Shown in pieces: positions 35,984 through 45,841 of a stretch of 64,000 nucleotides of DNA (the stretch's first letter is position 1; each line of letters starts with the position of its first letter). Source of the stretch: a bacterium (lineage in GTDB: Bacteria; Electryoneota; JAOADG01); contig OY820579.1 in assembly GCA_963681965.1 (NCBI GenBank), positions 2,528,001 to 2,592,000 on the forward strand, written 5' to 3'. The position numbers and the translations under genes are program-made. The notes beneath the pieces are model-generated. The model did no database searches and was not told where the DNA came from. It saw only the letters and a program-made list of their open reading frames with translations.

Positions 35984-38909
35984 GGTCGCACTACCGATTC
36001 GAGAAATCTCGGCGGAAAGTGTTCGGGACAAGTCTCTTCGTCATGGTCACATTTCCACACTTCACCTTTGGTGGGCACGTCGTCCGCTCTCCGCTAGTCG
36101 TGCAATTGTATTTGCTTCGCTTGTTCCAGACCCTGACCATCCAGATTGTCCACAGGATTTCAAAGATACTGTATATCGTTTTCTTGGAAAGGGTAACGTT
36201 CCCAGAATATTACAGCAGTACCGGCGAGGAAGACACGATTTTGAATCCACAGACCCCTATAAACCTTACGAAGGAATGGAAGACACGCTTCGGAATCGGT
36301 TACTGACTTTTATCGCCAGATGGTCGCCGGAATGGATTCAATTTGAGGCAGGTCGTAGCGATAAACAGCCTGGACCCAGCGAGATGTTGGACGATCGTTG
36401 TCTGGTCAAGTGGGAAACCAGTGACCCGCAGAATGAACAAGGGAAAGTGATTCTCCATATCGCTAAGGAGCTTATCAGAATTGCCAATGGAGGTGAAACA
36501 CCGACTGTACTTGACCCATTTTCAGGTGGTGGTTCAATACCACTGGAAGCAGGTAGGTTAGGGTGCAATACGATAGCAAACGATTACAATCCTGTGGCAT
36601 ATCTGATACTTCGTGCTACTTGCGAATATCCTCAAAAATATGGGAAACCGGGACGTCGTAATGGACCTAATGGAGAAGAATCGGAAGTCCCAAATGTACT
36701 TGCTTTTGATGTCGACTATTGGGCAAAAAGAGTTCAAGAAATTGCAAAAGTCCAGATTAATGAATTTTATCCAGTTGGAATGGATGGAAATCCAATCGTT
36801 GGTTATTTATGGGCACGAACCGTTTTGTGTGCTAACCCGAATTGTAAAGCAGAAATTCCCTTATTGCGTAGTTTGACAATTTGTGAGAAAACGAATAAGA
36901 AATATACATTAACGATGCAGTTGGACAGAAACAACAAAAGTGTAAAGTTCGGAGTTGTTCACAATGATGTAACCGCTGAAACAACAGGGACGATGCTTTC
37001 TGGAGGAAACTGTAATTGTCCATTTTGTGAACAAATTACTTCGGTTCAGCACATCAGACAGTCTGGGTTAGATGGAAAAATCGGTGAAGTAATGCTTGCC
37101 GTAGTAACTGATACTCCTGATGGAAAATCCTACAGAACTGTAGAGAAGCTTGACTTAGAGGCTTATCAAAAAGCAAAACTAGTTTATGCTGACATTGAAA
37201 AGCCAACCGAGTTCATTGTCCCCGAAATAAACTCTCCTCAAGCAGATATCGATGCTGGTGCACATCGAAGTATAAGTGTTGATATGTATGGTTATAAAAC
37301 GTTTGCAAGTCTGTTTAATCCACGTCAACTAGTATGTATGTCTGCCTTCGTGATTGCAATAAATCAAGTAGAAACAGAATTATTGGCACAAGTGAACGAT
37401 AGCGAGTATCGAAAGTGTATAATGCTCTATCTAGGTGTGCTTTTGAGCCGCATATCACAACGAATGTCTAACATCGGTATTTGGAATACCGGAGGGGAAA
37501 AGTTTGAGCATCCCTTTGGAAGACAATCACTTGCGATGGTTTGGGATTATCCTGAAGTCAATCCTTTTTCTGATTCAACCGGAGGAACTGATGGTCAATT
37601 AGGATGGATACAAAGAGTAATTGCTCATGAGCAAGTGCAAGGCACCATATCAAATTCTATTTCTGTAAGACAAGGTGACGCAGCTTCAATAAATGGTAGT
37701 GTAAAACCAGTCCAAACTATTATTACTGACCCTCCTTATTTTGACGCCATCGCTTATGCAGATTTGTCTGATTATTTCTACGTATGGCTTAAGCGAGTTC
37801 TGAATAATAGTTTTCCGAGTGCTTTTATAACACCTCAAACTCCTAAAATTGATGAAGCAGTCGCACATAAACATCGTCATCATGGAAAAAAAGAACTTGG
37901 CAAAAAACACTTTTCGAAAAAACTTGCAGAGTCATTTGCTACTGCAAAAAAACACTGTAGGCAAGATGGCACAGTTAGTATCATGTTTGCGCATCAGTCT
38001 ACAGAAGCATGGACAGCATTGATAGACGCTATTTTTTCTGCTGGTCTGAACATAACCGCAACATATCCAATTGATACTGAAAGAGTTTTGGCACTTAAAA
38101 AGGACATATCTGCACTTGCTTCTTCAATAACTGTTGTGTGTCGACACCGTGAGTTTGGAAATGCAATAACGTTTCGTGATGTACGAGCGTTAATAGAAAA
38201 AGAAGTTGCCAAAGCAGTCAATAGATTTTGGAATTATGGTTTTCGAGGTGCTGACCTTATTGTCGCATGTTTTGGTCCGGCTGTTGGAGTATTCGGGCAG
38301 TTTGAGCGTGTAGAACGTGCCGATGGGACATTAGTTGGCGTCAAAGAGCTTCTCGATTTTGTAAGAGAGTGTGCGCTAAAAGCTATCGCAGGTGAGTTCA
38401 ATGGTGACCACCTATCCAGACTATATTTCGTTTGGGTCAATTTGTATGGAACAAGCGTTCAAAAGTTCAATGATGCTCGATTAGTGATTCAAATCGGTGG
38501 TGGCGACGATATAAACATCGATATTGCCAAGCAAGAAAAGTTGTTCATCGTCGATGGTTCTGATTGTCGATTGGCTTTGCTTGCTGACCGTACTGATATT
38601 TCCAAATTGGGCCGTGAGCCGGAATCCCCACTCATCGACCGACTTCACTTTGCCATGCGATTATGGCAAGCTGAACTTCGCAACGATTTAATTGGCTACC
38701 TTCGCAGTAATGACCTGTTGGAAGATGAACGGTTCTGGAAGTTGGCACAGGCACTTTTCGAAGTACTTCCCCGTACCGAAGTAGACTGGAAGTTGGTGTC
38801 TGCTTTGCTTAGTGAACGTGACACCCTGAAACTCGAATCACGTAAGAAGTTACCTACCGAACCCGAAATCGGGCAGTCAAGAAGTTTAGATTTACCGGCT
38901 GAGGAATAA
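35961..38909 (+). CDS. DUF1156 adenine-specific DNA methyltransferase with Zn ribbon
   Basis: LHLWWARRPL, DPFSGGGSIPLE, CxxxxC/CxxC, TDPPY. Confidence 0.92.
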   Translation: MTCPRLIEVALPIREISAESVRDKSLRHGHISTLHLWWARRPLSASRAIVFASLVPDPDHPDCPQDFKDTVYRFLGKGNVPRILQQYRRGRHDFESTDPYKPYEGMEDTLRNRLLTFIARWSPEWIQFEAGRSDKQPGPSEMLDDRCLVKWETSDPQNEQGKVILHIAKELIRIANGGETPTVLDPFSGGGSIPLEAGRLGCNTIANDYNPVAYLILRATCEYPQKYGKPGRRNGPNGEESEVPNVLAFDVDYWAKRVQEIAKVQINEFYPVGMDGNPIVGYLWARTVLCANPNCKAEIPLLRSLTICEKTNKKYTLTMQLDRNNKSVKFGVVHNDVTAETTGTMLSGGNCNCPFCEQITSVQHIRQSGLDGKIGEVMLAVVTDTPDGKSYRTVEKLDLEAYQKAKLVYADIEKPTEFIVPEINSPQADIDAGAHRSISVDMYGYKTFASLFNPRQLVCMSAFVIAINQVETELLAQVNDSEYRKCIMLYLGVLLSRISQRMSNIGIWNTGGEKFEHPFGRQSLAMVWDYPEVNPFSDSTGGTDGQLGWIQRVIAHEQVQGTISNSISVRQGDAASINGSVKPVQTIITDPPYFDAIAYADLSDYFYVWLKRVLNNSFPSAFITPQTPKIDEAVAHKHRHHGKKELGKKHFSKKLAESFATAKKHCRQDGTVSIMFAHQSTEAWTALIDAIFSAGLNITATYPIDTERVLALKKDISALASSITVVCRHREFGNAITFRDVRALIEKEVAKAVNRFWNYGFRGADLIVACFGPAVGVFGQFERVERADGTLVGVKELLDFVRECALKAIAGEFNGDHLSRLYFVWVNLYGTSVQKFNDARLVIQIGGGDDINIDIAKQEKLFIVDGSDCRLALLADRTDISKLGREPESPLIDRLHFAMRLWQAELRNDLIGYLRSNDLLEDERFWKLAQALFEVLPRTEVDWKLVSALLSERDTLKLESRKKLPTEPEIGQSRSLDLPAEE

Positions 38910-38915
38910 ACCACG

Positions 38916-41780
38916 ATGGCACCTGAACTAAAACCCTGGTACGCAATTGCAACACCCCATTCCGATATTCGTGAGGGGCGACTCGATGAAGCGGTTTTTG
39001 CTGCTGACCTGTGGAAAGTTGTACAGGGTGAAGCGCCGGATATCTACCTCAACACCGCAGATTTCTTTGCTAAGACCTATCTCACTGCCGGTCTCACAAA
39101 TGTGCTAAAGAAAGTTGCCAGAGCCCTATCCGGTGATGCTGATGCCGGTGATAGAATCGTCAGTTTGCAGACATCGTTCGGTGGTGGTAAAACCCATGCC
39201 CTAGTCGCATTGTGGCATCTTGCCAAGCATGCCGATGTGATTCGCAACGACCCTGCTTGTTCTGAATTGAATAGTGCAATCGGTGCTTTTTTACCGAAGC
39301 AACCGATTTCTGTTGCCGTGTTCACCAATAAAACAACCGATGCTACCCAAGGACGTCACACCCCTGAAGGGTTAGTCATCCGAACGATGTGGGGGGAGCT
39401 TGCCTACCAACTCGGTGGTATTGAACTGTACAAGCGCATCGAAGCGAACGACCAAGCAAGGACTGTACCTCAGGGTCTTTTCGGTGAACTCTTAAAAAGT
39501 GTCAGTCCCTGTTTAATTCTGCTTGACGAAGTTGCCGATTACTGCATTGGTGCTAATGGTGTTCCGGTCGGTAATCTCACGCTCTCCGACCAGACGGTCT
39601 CCTTCGCCCAACAACTTTCTGAAGCGGTTTCCAGTATCAAGGAGGTCGCAGTTGTCGCTACCCTTCCTGCCAGTCACCTTGAAGTTGCCGGGTCTGAGCG
39701 TGGCGTGGAAATCCTGAATAGTTTGGAGCGACGGTTCGGTCGTATGAGTGCCGATGTCAAACCAGTGGCGGACCAAGAAATCTACGATGTCGTTCGTCGT
39801 CGTTTGTTCGATTCTGTTGGTGACCTTACCGAACAGGAACGGGTCGCGACAGCTTACATGGCGATGTACACTACCCACAAGTCAGAGGTTCCGACTGAAG
39901 CGGCACGTTCCAATTACAAGGACCAATTGGTTCGTGCTTATCCTTTCCATCCGATGGTAATCGACGCTCTGTTTCTCCGTTGGGGTAGCCATCCAGACTT
40001 CCAGCGTACACGTGGAGTTCTTCGTTTGTTGGCTTCGGTGGTCGGTGACCTGTGGAAGCGTCGAAACAATGAGACACAAGCGCAGTCGATGATACTTCCC
40101 TGCCACATTCGATGGGATGTGGATGCACTTCATGCCGCCCTTACCCGAATGTGGGGTAGTGCCTATGACTCAGTGGTCGCAGCAGATATCATCGGTGAAA
40201 AAGCCAATGCGATGATGATTGATGAAGAACGTGGTGGCGAGTATTTCACGCAGAAGATTGCACAAGGTTTGGCTTCTGCGGCTCTGCTCGGCTCCTTTGG
40301 TGGACAAGGGGAACGCTCAGGATACAGTAACAAGGAATTGAAACTTTGTGTCGGTCGTCCGGAACTGAATTGGAATTTTACCGATGGTGCCATCACAGTT
40401 TTAGAAGAAAAGGCGTTTTACCTTCATTCGACTACAGTCGGTGAATCCACTAGTAAGCGGTATTGGTTCGCCACAAAACCGACTTTAAACAAACTGATTG
40501 TTCAGTACCGCGCTCAAATTGGTGACAAGAGCTTTGATAAAGAGATTTCCGACACCATCCGCGACCAAGCACATAAAGTTGTCACAGGTACTGACAAATG
40601 GAAAATCCTTGTTAGTCCTGATGATGATTTGCCGGAACAAAAGTCACTAACTCTTCTCATTATGTCTCCGGAGTTCGCGTACTCCGAAAATGGTGGGCAG
40701 AAGAATCTGCTGTCTTCGCCGATTGATGACCAACTTCTGAAAATCAGCCTGAAGTGCGGTCAGAAGGAACGACTATTCCGAAACACCCTCATCTTTTTGC
40801 TCCCTTCGCATAAGGGATTGAATAAATTGCGGACCACATTTCGAGAAGTTGCTGCTCTGGAGCTAGTGAAACGGGATTACTACTCCCAACTGGATAAAGA
40901 ACAGCAGGAGGAACTACTGAAGCGTCTTGAAAGGGAGCGTAAAAACGTCCAGGAGAGCCTTGGAAGCACCTATACATACATCGCCCGTGTTTCTGGTCAA
41001 ACGGCAGATGTAAAACCTCTCACGGACGTTAAAACGAGTTTTGCTGACCATCTTGGTGCTGCTTGGTCATGGGTTATCGACGATGAATGGGTTTTGCGGA
41101 AAGTTGGGTCGGTTACGCTCGAAAAATCAGGGTTAGTACTACAGGATGGCGGAATTCGAGTCAAAGATGCACTGGAGTCGATGCTCCGCTACACCGATAA
41201 GCCGATGTTGGCTAATCGTGATGCTCTACTTCGTGGATTGGTTGATGCCTGCAAGGATTCTGTGATTGGAATCGCACGTGGTATTACATTGAACAACATC
41301 CAAAAGCAGTGGTGCGGTGAGACAATCACTTTGGACCCGAACGAAGATGGATTATGGATTATCCCGAAGTTTACAAAGGTTGTGGTTCCACCCGAACCAA
41401 TGGGTAGTGGGTCACAGGGAAGTACACCTTCAGGCACAACCTCTACGCCGACAGGAAACGAATTAGGAGCATCTACTGGAAGCATATTCGGTGGCGACGG
41501 TTCTATTCCACCGGCAACTGGTGAAGAAACCGTAGTCGAAGTCGTAGATGACAACAACAAAATTCACAGCTTCCGAATCTCGGGGAATGTTGCCACAGAA
41601 AACTGGACTGAACTGTTCCGCTGTTTCATCCAACCGACACTGCGATTGAATTTGAAGAAGCTCCAGATAAGTGTGTCCTTCAGCGGCGAAACCCACGAAG
41701 GGAATCCACTTGATGTAAATGACCCATCGGTCAAAGGCATGAAGGAAGCGGCAAAGCAGTTGGGGTTGAAGTTTGATTAA
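38916..41780 (+). CDS. DUF499 AAA+ ATPase
   Basis: FAADL, QTSFGGGKTH Walker A, LILLDE Walker B, YPFHP, FQRTRGVLR. Confidence 0.92.
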   Translation: MAPELKPWYAIATPHSDIREGRLDEAVFAADLWKVVQGEAPDIYLNTADFFAKTYLTAGLTNVLKKVARALSGDADAGDRIVSLQTSFGGGKTHALVALWHLAKHADVIRNDPACSELNSAIGAFLPKQPISVAVFTNKTTDATQGRHTPEGLVIRTMWGELAYQLGGIELYKRIEANDQARTVPQGLFGELLKSVSPCLILLDEVADYCIGANGVPVGNLTLSDQTVSFAQQLSEAVSSIKEVAVVATLPASHLEVAGSERGVEILNSLERRFGRMSADVKPVADQEIYDVVRRRLFDSVGDLTEQERVATAYMAMYTTHKSEVPTEAARSNYKDQLVRAYPFHPMVIDALFLRWGSHPDFQRTRGVLRLLASVVGDLWKRRNNETQAQSMILPCHIRWDVDALHAALTRMWGSAYDSVVAADIIGEKANAMMIDEERGGEYFTQKIAQGLASAALLGSFGGQGERSGYSNKELKLCVGRPELNWNFTDGAITVLEEKAFYLHSTTVGESTSKRYWFATKPTLNKLIVQYRAQIGDKSFDKEISDTIRDQAHKVVTGTDKWKILVSPDDDLPEQKSLTLLIMSPEFAYSENGGQKNLLSSPIDDQLLKISLKCGQKERLFRNTLIFLLPSHKGLNKLRTTFREVAALELVKRDYYSQLDKEQQEELLKRLERERKNVQESLGSTYTYIARVSGQTADVKPLTDVKTSFADHLGAAWSWVIDDEWVLRKVGSVTLEKSGLVLQDGGIRVKDALESMLRYTDKPMLANRDALLRGLVDACKDSVIGIARGITLNNIQKQWCGETITLDPNEDGLWIIPKFTKVVVPPEPMGSGSQGSTPSGTTSTPTGNELGASTGSIFGGDGSIPPATGEETVVEVVDDNNKIHSFRISGNVATENWTELFRCFIQPTLRLNLKKLQISVSFSGETHEGNPLDVNDPSVKGMKEAAKQLGLKFD

Positions 41781-42885
41781 AGCACAAAAACATTCAATTC
41801 CGATCAGGGTTTATGATTTTTTTTCTGGTTGCGGAGGTACAAGCTTAGGTTTTGGGCAAGCTGGAATTCAGCATGCTCTAGCGGTTGATTCATGCCAAGA
41901 TGCCGTTTCAACATTTATTAAAAATTTTCCTGGTGTTAATGTTATTAATGAACCGATTGAGACTTTGGATGTGAAACGGATTCAATCTCATTTTTTGAAT
42001 GTGCCCGAAGTGAAGCTCTTTTGTGGTTGTGCACCCTGTCAGCCATTTACCAAGCAGAAAACAAACACAATATTAGTAAATTCAAAAGATGAACGGCGCG
42101 AACTATTAACTTACTTTGCTGAAATGGTTCATCAATGCCTTCCTGAGTTGGTTTTCATAGAAAATGTCCCTGGACTACAAAAAGTAACTCTTGGTGCAGA
42201 AGGACCGTTTTCTAGGCTTATCGACCAACTCGAAAAGGATAAATACTTTTGTTCCTATGGAGTTATAACTGCACAAGATTATGGAGCAGCACAGTTTCGC
42301 AGGCGCCTGGTTTTAGTCGCCAGTAGATTAGGTAAAATCGACTTACCCCTTCCTACACATGGAATGCAAACGCCAAACAAATTTGTTACTGTTTGGGATG
42401 CGATCAGCGAACTTCCTTCAATAAATCATGGTGAAGAGCATCCAGATACAATTAGATATCCCAATCATCGTGCAGCAAGACTTTCAAAGCTTAACTTGGA
42501 ACGAATTCAGAATACTAAGACGAATGGACGTCGAGATTGGCCTGACAGATTATTACCGGATTGCTATACGAAGAAAAAGAATGGTAATCGGTATACTGGT
42601 CATACTGATTGTTATACGCGTTTGGCATGGCATGAGTCTGCACCAGGACTTACAACACGATGCATTAGTTATTCAAATGGAAGATTCGGACATCCAGAAC
42701 AGGATCGTGCTATTTCTGTGAGAGAGGCTGCGAGATTGCAAGGATTCCCCGACAACTTCATTTTCACTGGATCGCTAAATTCTATGGCACGCCAGATCGG
42801 AAATGCAGTTCCTGTATCAGTAGCACGAGCATTCGGAATTCATTTTGTAAATCATGTTAAAAAGGCTGGGCTGTGGCATGGCTAA
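41773..42885 (+). CDS. C5-cytosine DNA methyltransferase
   Basis: DFFSGCGG, APCQPF, ENVPG, Q.RRR, REAARLQGFP, QIGNAVP; TTG start overlaps DUF499 stop. Confidence 0.95.
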   Translation: MIKAQKHSIPIRVYDFFSGCGGTSLGFGQAGIQHALAVDSCQDAVSTFIKNFPGVNVINEPIETLDVKRIQSHFLNVPEVKLFCGCAPCQPFTKQKTNTILVNSKDERRELLTYFAEMVHQCLPELVFIENVPGLQKVTLGAEGPFSRLIDQLEKDKYFCSYGVITAQDYGAAQFRRRLVLVASRLGKIDLPLPTHGMQTPNKFVTVWDAISELPSINHGEEHPDTIRYPNHRAARLSKLNLERIQNTKTNGRRDWPDRLLPDCYTKKKNGNRYTGHTDCYTRLAWHESAPGLTTRCISYSNGRFGHPEQDRAISVREAARLQGFPDNFIFTGSLNSMARQIGNAVPVSVARAFGIHFVNHVKKAGLWHG

Positions 42886-45841
42886 GTTTCGGACTAAGGC
42901 AAGAGCAGTTGACATGCTTGGTCGACAACAAATCGCAGATGCGTCTACTGCCATTAGTGAACTCTTTAAAAACGCACATGATGCGTATGCTGATAATGTA
43001 GAAGTCGATTTTTTTAGATCAGACCTTCTTTTGGTGATTCGAGATGATGGAATCGGTATGTCTTTCAAGGAGTTCGAATCAAATTGGTTAGTTTTGGGAA
43101 CGGATAGCAAAGTTAAGTCTGTATTAGGAGAGCAGTTGTATTCTCCGCAAGACAAGCCTTTGCGTGCGGTAATGGGTGAGAAAGGTATTGGACGTCTCGC
43201 AATAGCCTTCCTAGGGCGTCAGGTAATGGTGTTGACACGATCAGAAAAAATAGGCGAAAGCAATGACATCACTATGTGTTACGTTCACTGGGGATTATTT
43301 GAGCAACCGTCCTTGAATCTTGACGACGTCGAAATCCCTATTAGACGTATTTCTGGTGGTGAAAATGTTTCACATAATGATGTTGCCGAATTGCTCCGGG
43401 AAAATGTTGAATGCATTGTGCGACTTCAAGCAAAATTTCCACAGTGCACATTTAACGCGATATTAAATGACATTTCTGATTTTCAAGTAGACCCACAAAA
43501 CTTCGAGAAAACTGTTGGAGGACTTTCTCTTTCTAACGGAAAAAGCGGTACTCATTTTTACGTAGCTCCAGCATCAGAAACAATCCTTGCTGATATCCAA
43601 ACTGAGAAAAAATCAGAATCGAAAGAATTCAGTAAGTGCTTACTTGGCTTCTGCAATTCTACCTTTTCTGTTGACAGTTCCCCCCCGATAAAAACCGCTT
43701 TCAGATTCTGGTCAACTGACAGTTCTTTTGAAGACTTGATCGGAGAAGGTGAGTTTTTTACAAAAAATGATCTAAAGCAGTCCGACCAATTCGTTAGCGG
43801 TAATGTTGATGAATATGGACAGTTCAGAGGTACTGTAAGGGTTTACAAACAAGATTACAATAACCACATCATTTCGTGGAAAGATGGAGGTGGAAAACCG
43901 ACAGCATGTGGTCCTTTTGGTATAGAATTCGGGTATCTACAAGGAAATCAACGTGAAAGTATGTCTGATCCATCAGATTTTGTACTACTTAACAAAAAGC
44001 TAAACAATATCGGTGGTCTTTATGTATATCGTGATCGAATTCGCATTCTTCCCTATGGTAATTCAGACGTCGATTGGTTGAATATCGAAGAGAGACGAAA
44101 CAAAGGCTTTGGTTACTACTTTTTCTCATACAGACGAATCTATGGCGGCGTGAGCCTTACCAGGCAAATGAATGGCGATTTGCGTGAAAAAGCTGGTCGT
44201 GAAGGCTTCCAGAAGGATAAAGCCTATCGACACTTAAAGAGTGTTCTAGAAAACATATTTCTACAACTAGCTGCTGATTTCTTTCGCAAGGAAGCACCGT
44301 TAGGTGGTCACTTTAAGGATCACAAAGATGAATTGGATAGAGTAGAAAGAGCCCGTCGAAAACGTGAACAACAAACGGCAACAAAACGTAGCAAACTTAC
44401 TGAAGCGCTTAATGCATTTTTCTCCAAAACAAGTCAGGGAGTACCCGAGTTAGAAATTGCTTCACTAAGGCAACACATACAAGCCAGAATGCAACTCGCA
44501 TCTAAAATGACAGATGCCGACAATGCTTCGCGTGAATTACTAGATGCAGAACTCGAGGCCAACCGCAGGCTTTCAGATTTGCGAACTAAATACAACATTG
44601 TTCGTCCTCGCGGGGTTGGTTTAACTAAACAGCTGGACAGAGATTGGGAAGCATTTCTGCGCGAGTTAACTAGACTTGAGACTGAAGTTTTCGCCCCATT
44701 CGCTTCGACGATTGCTGAGTCTTTGGGTTCCATGGCTGCGCAAGCTAAAATTTATATCGACCAACGTCGACGAATGCAGGATCTAATCCATCGTCTAGCA
44801 GACGAACAGAATTCGATTATGCGAACCGAAGCAAATGCACTTCAGCAGACAACAGGTCAAACGCGCCGTGCAGCAATCAATACAGCACGATCGGCATTGA
44901 AGGAGCTTCGAGATGCAATCGAAGCTGTCAACGAAGACCTCGCACACAGGGATTTAAGCGATTTACCACCTCATCAGATTGAAGAAATTCGAGCAAACTA
45001 CGAGCAACGTATTAACACAGTTTCCACTAAAAACGCTGAGACCATGGGAAGTGTTCGTGAGTTACTGGTTGGAATTACTGAAAGTCTCGAACAAAAAAAC
45101 GACGTCAGTCAATTGGATATGGCAGAAGCAATGGAAACAGAGCTTCAGTCACTTCGTGAACAAGTTGATACCGACGAAGAATTAGTACAGTTAGGGCTTG
45201 CTGTAGCAGTAATTAATCATGAATTCGTCGCAGCAATCAAAATGATCAGGAGTCAACTACGTGAGCTTAGAGCTTGGGCGCAAGCAAACGACGGACTACT
45301 TCCGATCTACAGTGAGATCCGGACTAATTTTGATCACCTGGATGCCCATCTAAATCTGTTCACTCCTCTTCAACGACGTCTTTATCGGCAACGCATTGAC
45401 ATTCAAGGTAGCGAAATCGTTCATTATGTTCATGCACTTTTTAGTGTACGGCTAGATCGACATAAAATTTCACTTAGTGCCACTCAAGCGTTTCAGGACA
45501 GCAGGATACATAGTTATCCTTCAACGATCTATCCAGTATTTGTAAACATTATCGATAACTTCATTTTCTGGTTAAAGGATCAGCCTCACGAGCGTCTAAT
45601 TTTACTCGACTGCTCTAATGATGAATACCACATCGAAAACAACGGACCTTCGGTTAGCAAGCGCGACTCGGAATCGATTTTCGAACAGGGCTTTTCTCGA
45701 AAACCAGGAGGACGGGGATTGGGTCTCTATATTTCGAGAAAAGTACTACAAAAAGAGGGAATGAGCCTCGAATTGGATTCACAGCGCGATTCTAAAGTTG
45801 GTGTTAGATTCATTCTCTCTTGGAGAAAAGACAATGTGTGA
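42878..45841 (+). CDS. GHKL (MORC/MutL-like) ATPase fused to C-terminal histidine-kinase module
   Basis: ELFKNAHDA, DDGIGM, GEKGIGR; long coiled coil; INHEF (H-box), NIIDN, ENNGP, FEQGF..KPGGRGLGL. Confidence 0.88.
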   Translation: MAKFRTKARAVDMLGRQQIADASTAISELFKNAHDAYADNVEVDFFRSDLLLVIRDDGIGMSFKEFESNWLVLGTDSKVKSVLGEQLYSPQDKPLRAVMGEKGIGRLAIAFLGRQVMVLTRSEKIGESNDITMCYVHWGLFEQPSLNLDDVEIPIRRISGGENVSHNDVAELLRENVECIVRLQAKFPQCTFNAILNDISDFQVDPQNFEKTVGGLSLSNGKSGTHFYVAPASETILADIQTEKKSESKEFSKCLLGFCNSTFSVDSSPPIKTAFRFWSTDSSFEDLIGEGEFFTKNDLKQSDQFVSGNVDEYGQFRGTVRVYKQDYNNHIISWKDGGGKPTACGPFGIEFGYLQGNQRESMSDPSDFVLLNKKLNNIGGLYVYRDRIRILPYGNSDVDWLNIEERRNKGFGYYFFSYRRIYGGVSLTRQMNGDLREKAGREGFQKDKAYRHLKSVLENIFLQLAADFFRKEAPLGGHFKDHKDELDRVERARRKREQQTATKRSKLTEALNAFFSKTSQGVPELEIASLRQHIQARMQLASKMTDADNASRELLDAELEANRRLSDLRTKYNIVRPRGVGLTKQLDRDWEAFLRELTRLETEVFAPFASTIAESLGSMAAQAKIYIDQRRRMQDLIHRLADEQNSIMRTEANALQQTTGQTRRAAINTARSALKELRDAIEAVNEDLAHRDLSDLPPHQIEEIRANYEQRINTVSTKNAETMGSVRELLVGITESLEQKNDVSQLDMAEAMETELQSLREQVDTDEELVQLGLAVAVINHEFVAAIKMIRSQLRELRAWAQANDGLLPIYSEIRTNFDHLDAHLNLFTPLQRRLYRQRIDIQGSEIVHYVHALFSVRLDRHKISLSATQAFQDSRIHSYPSTIYPVFVNIIDNFIFWLKDQPHERLILLDCSNDEYHIENNGPSVSKRDSESIFEQGFSRKPGGRGLGLYISRKVLQKEGMSLELDSQRDSKVGVRFILSWRKDNV

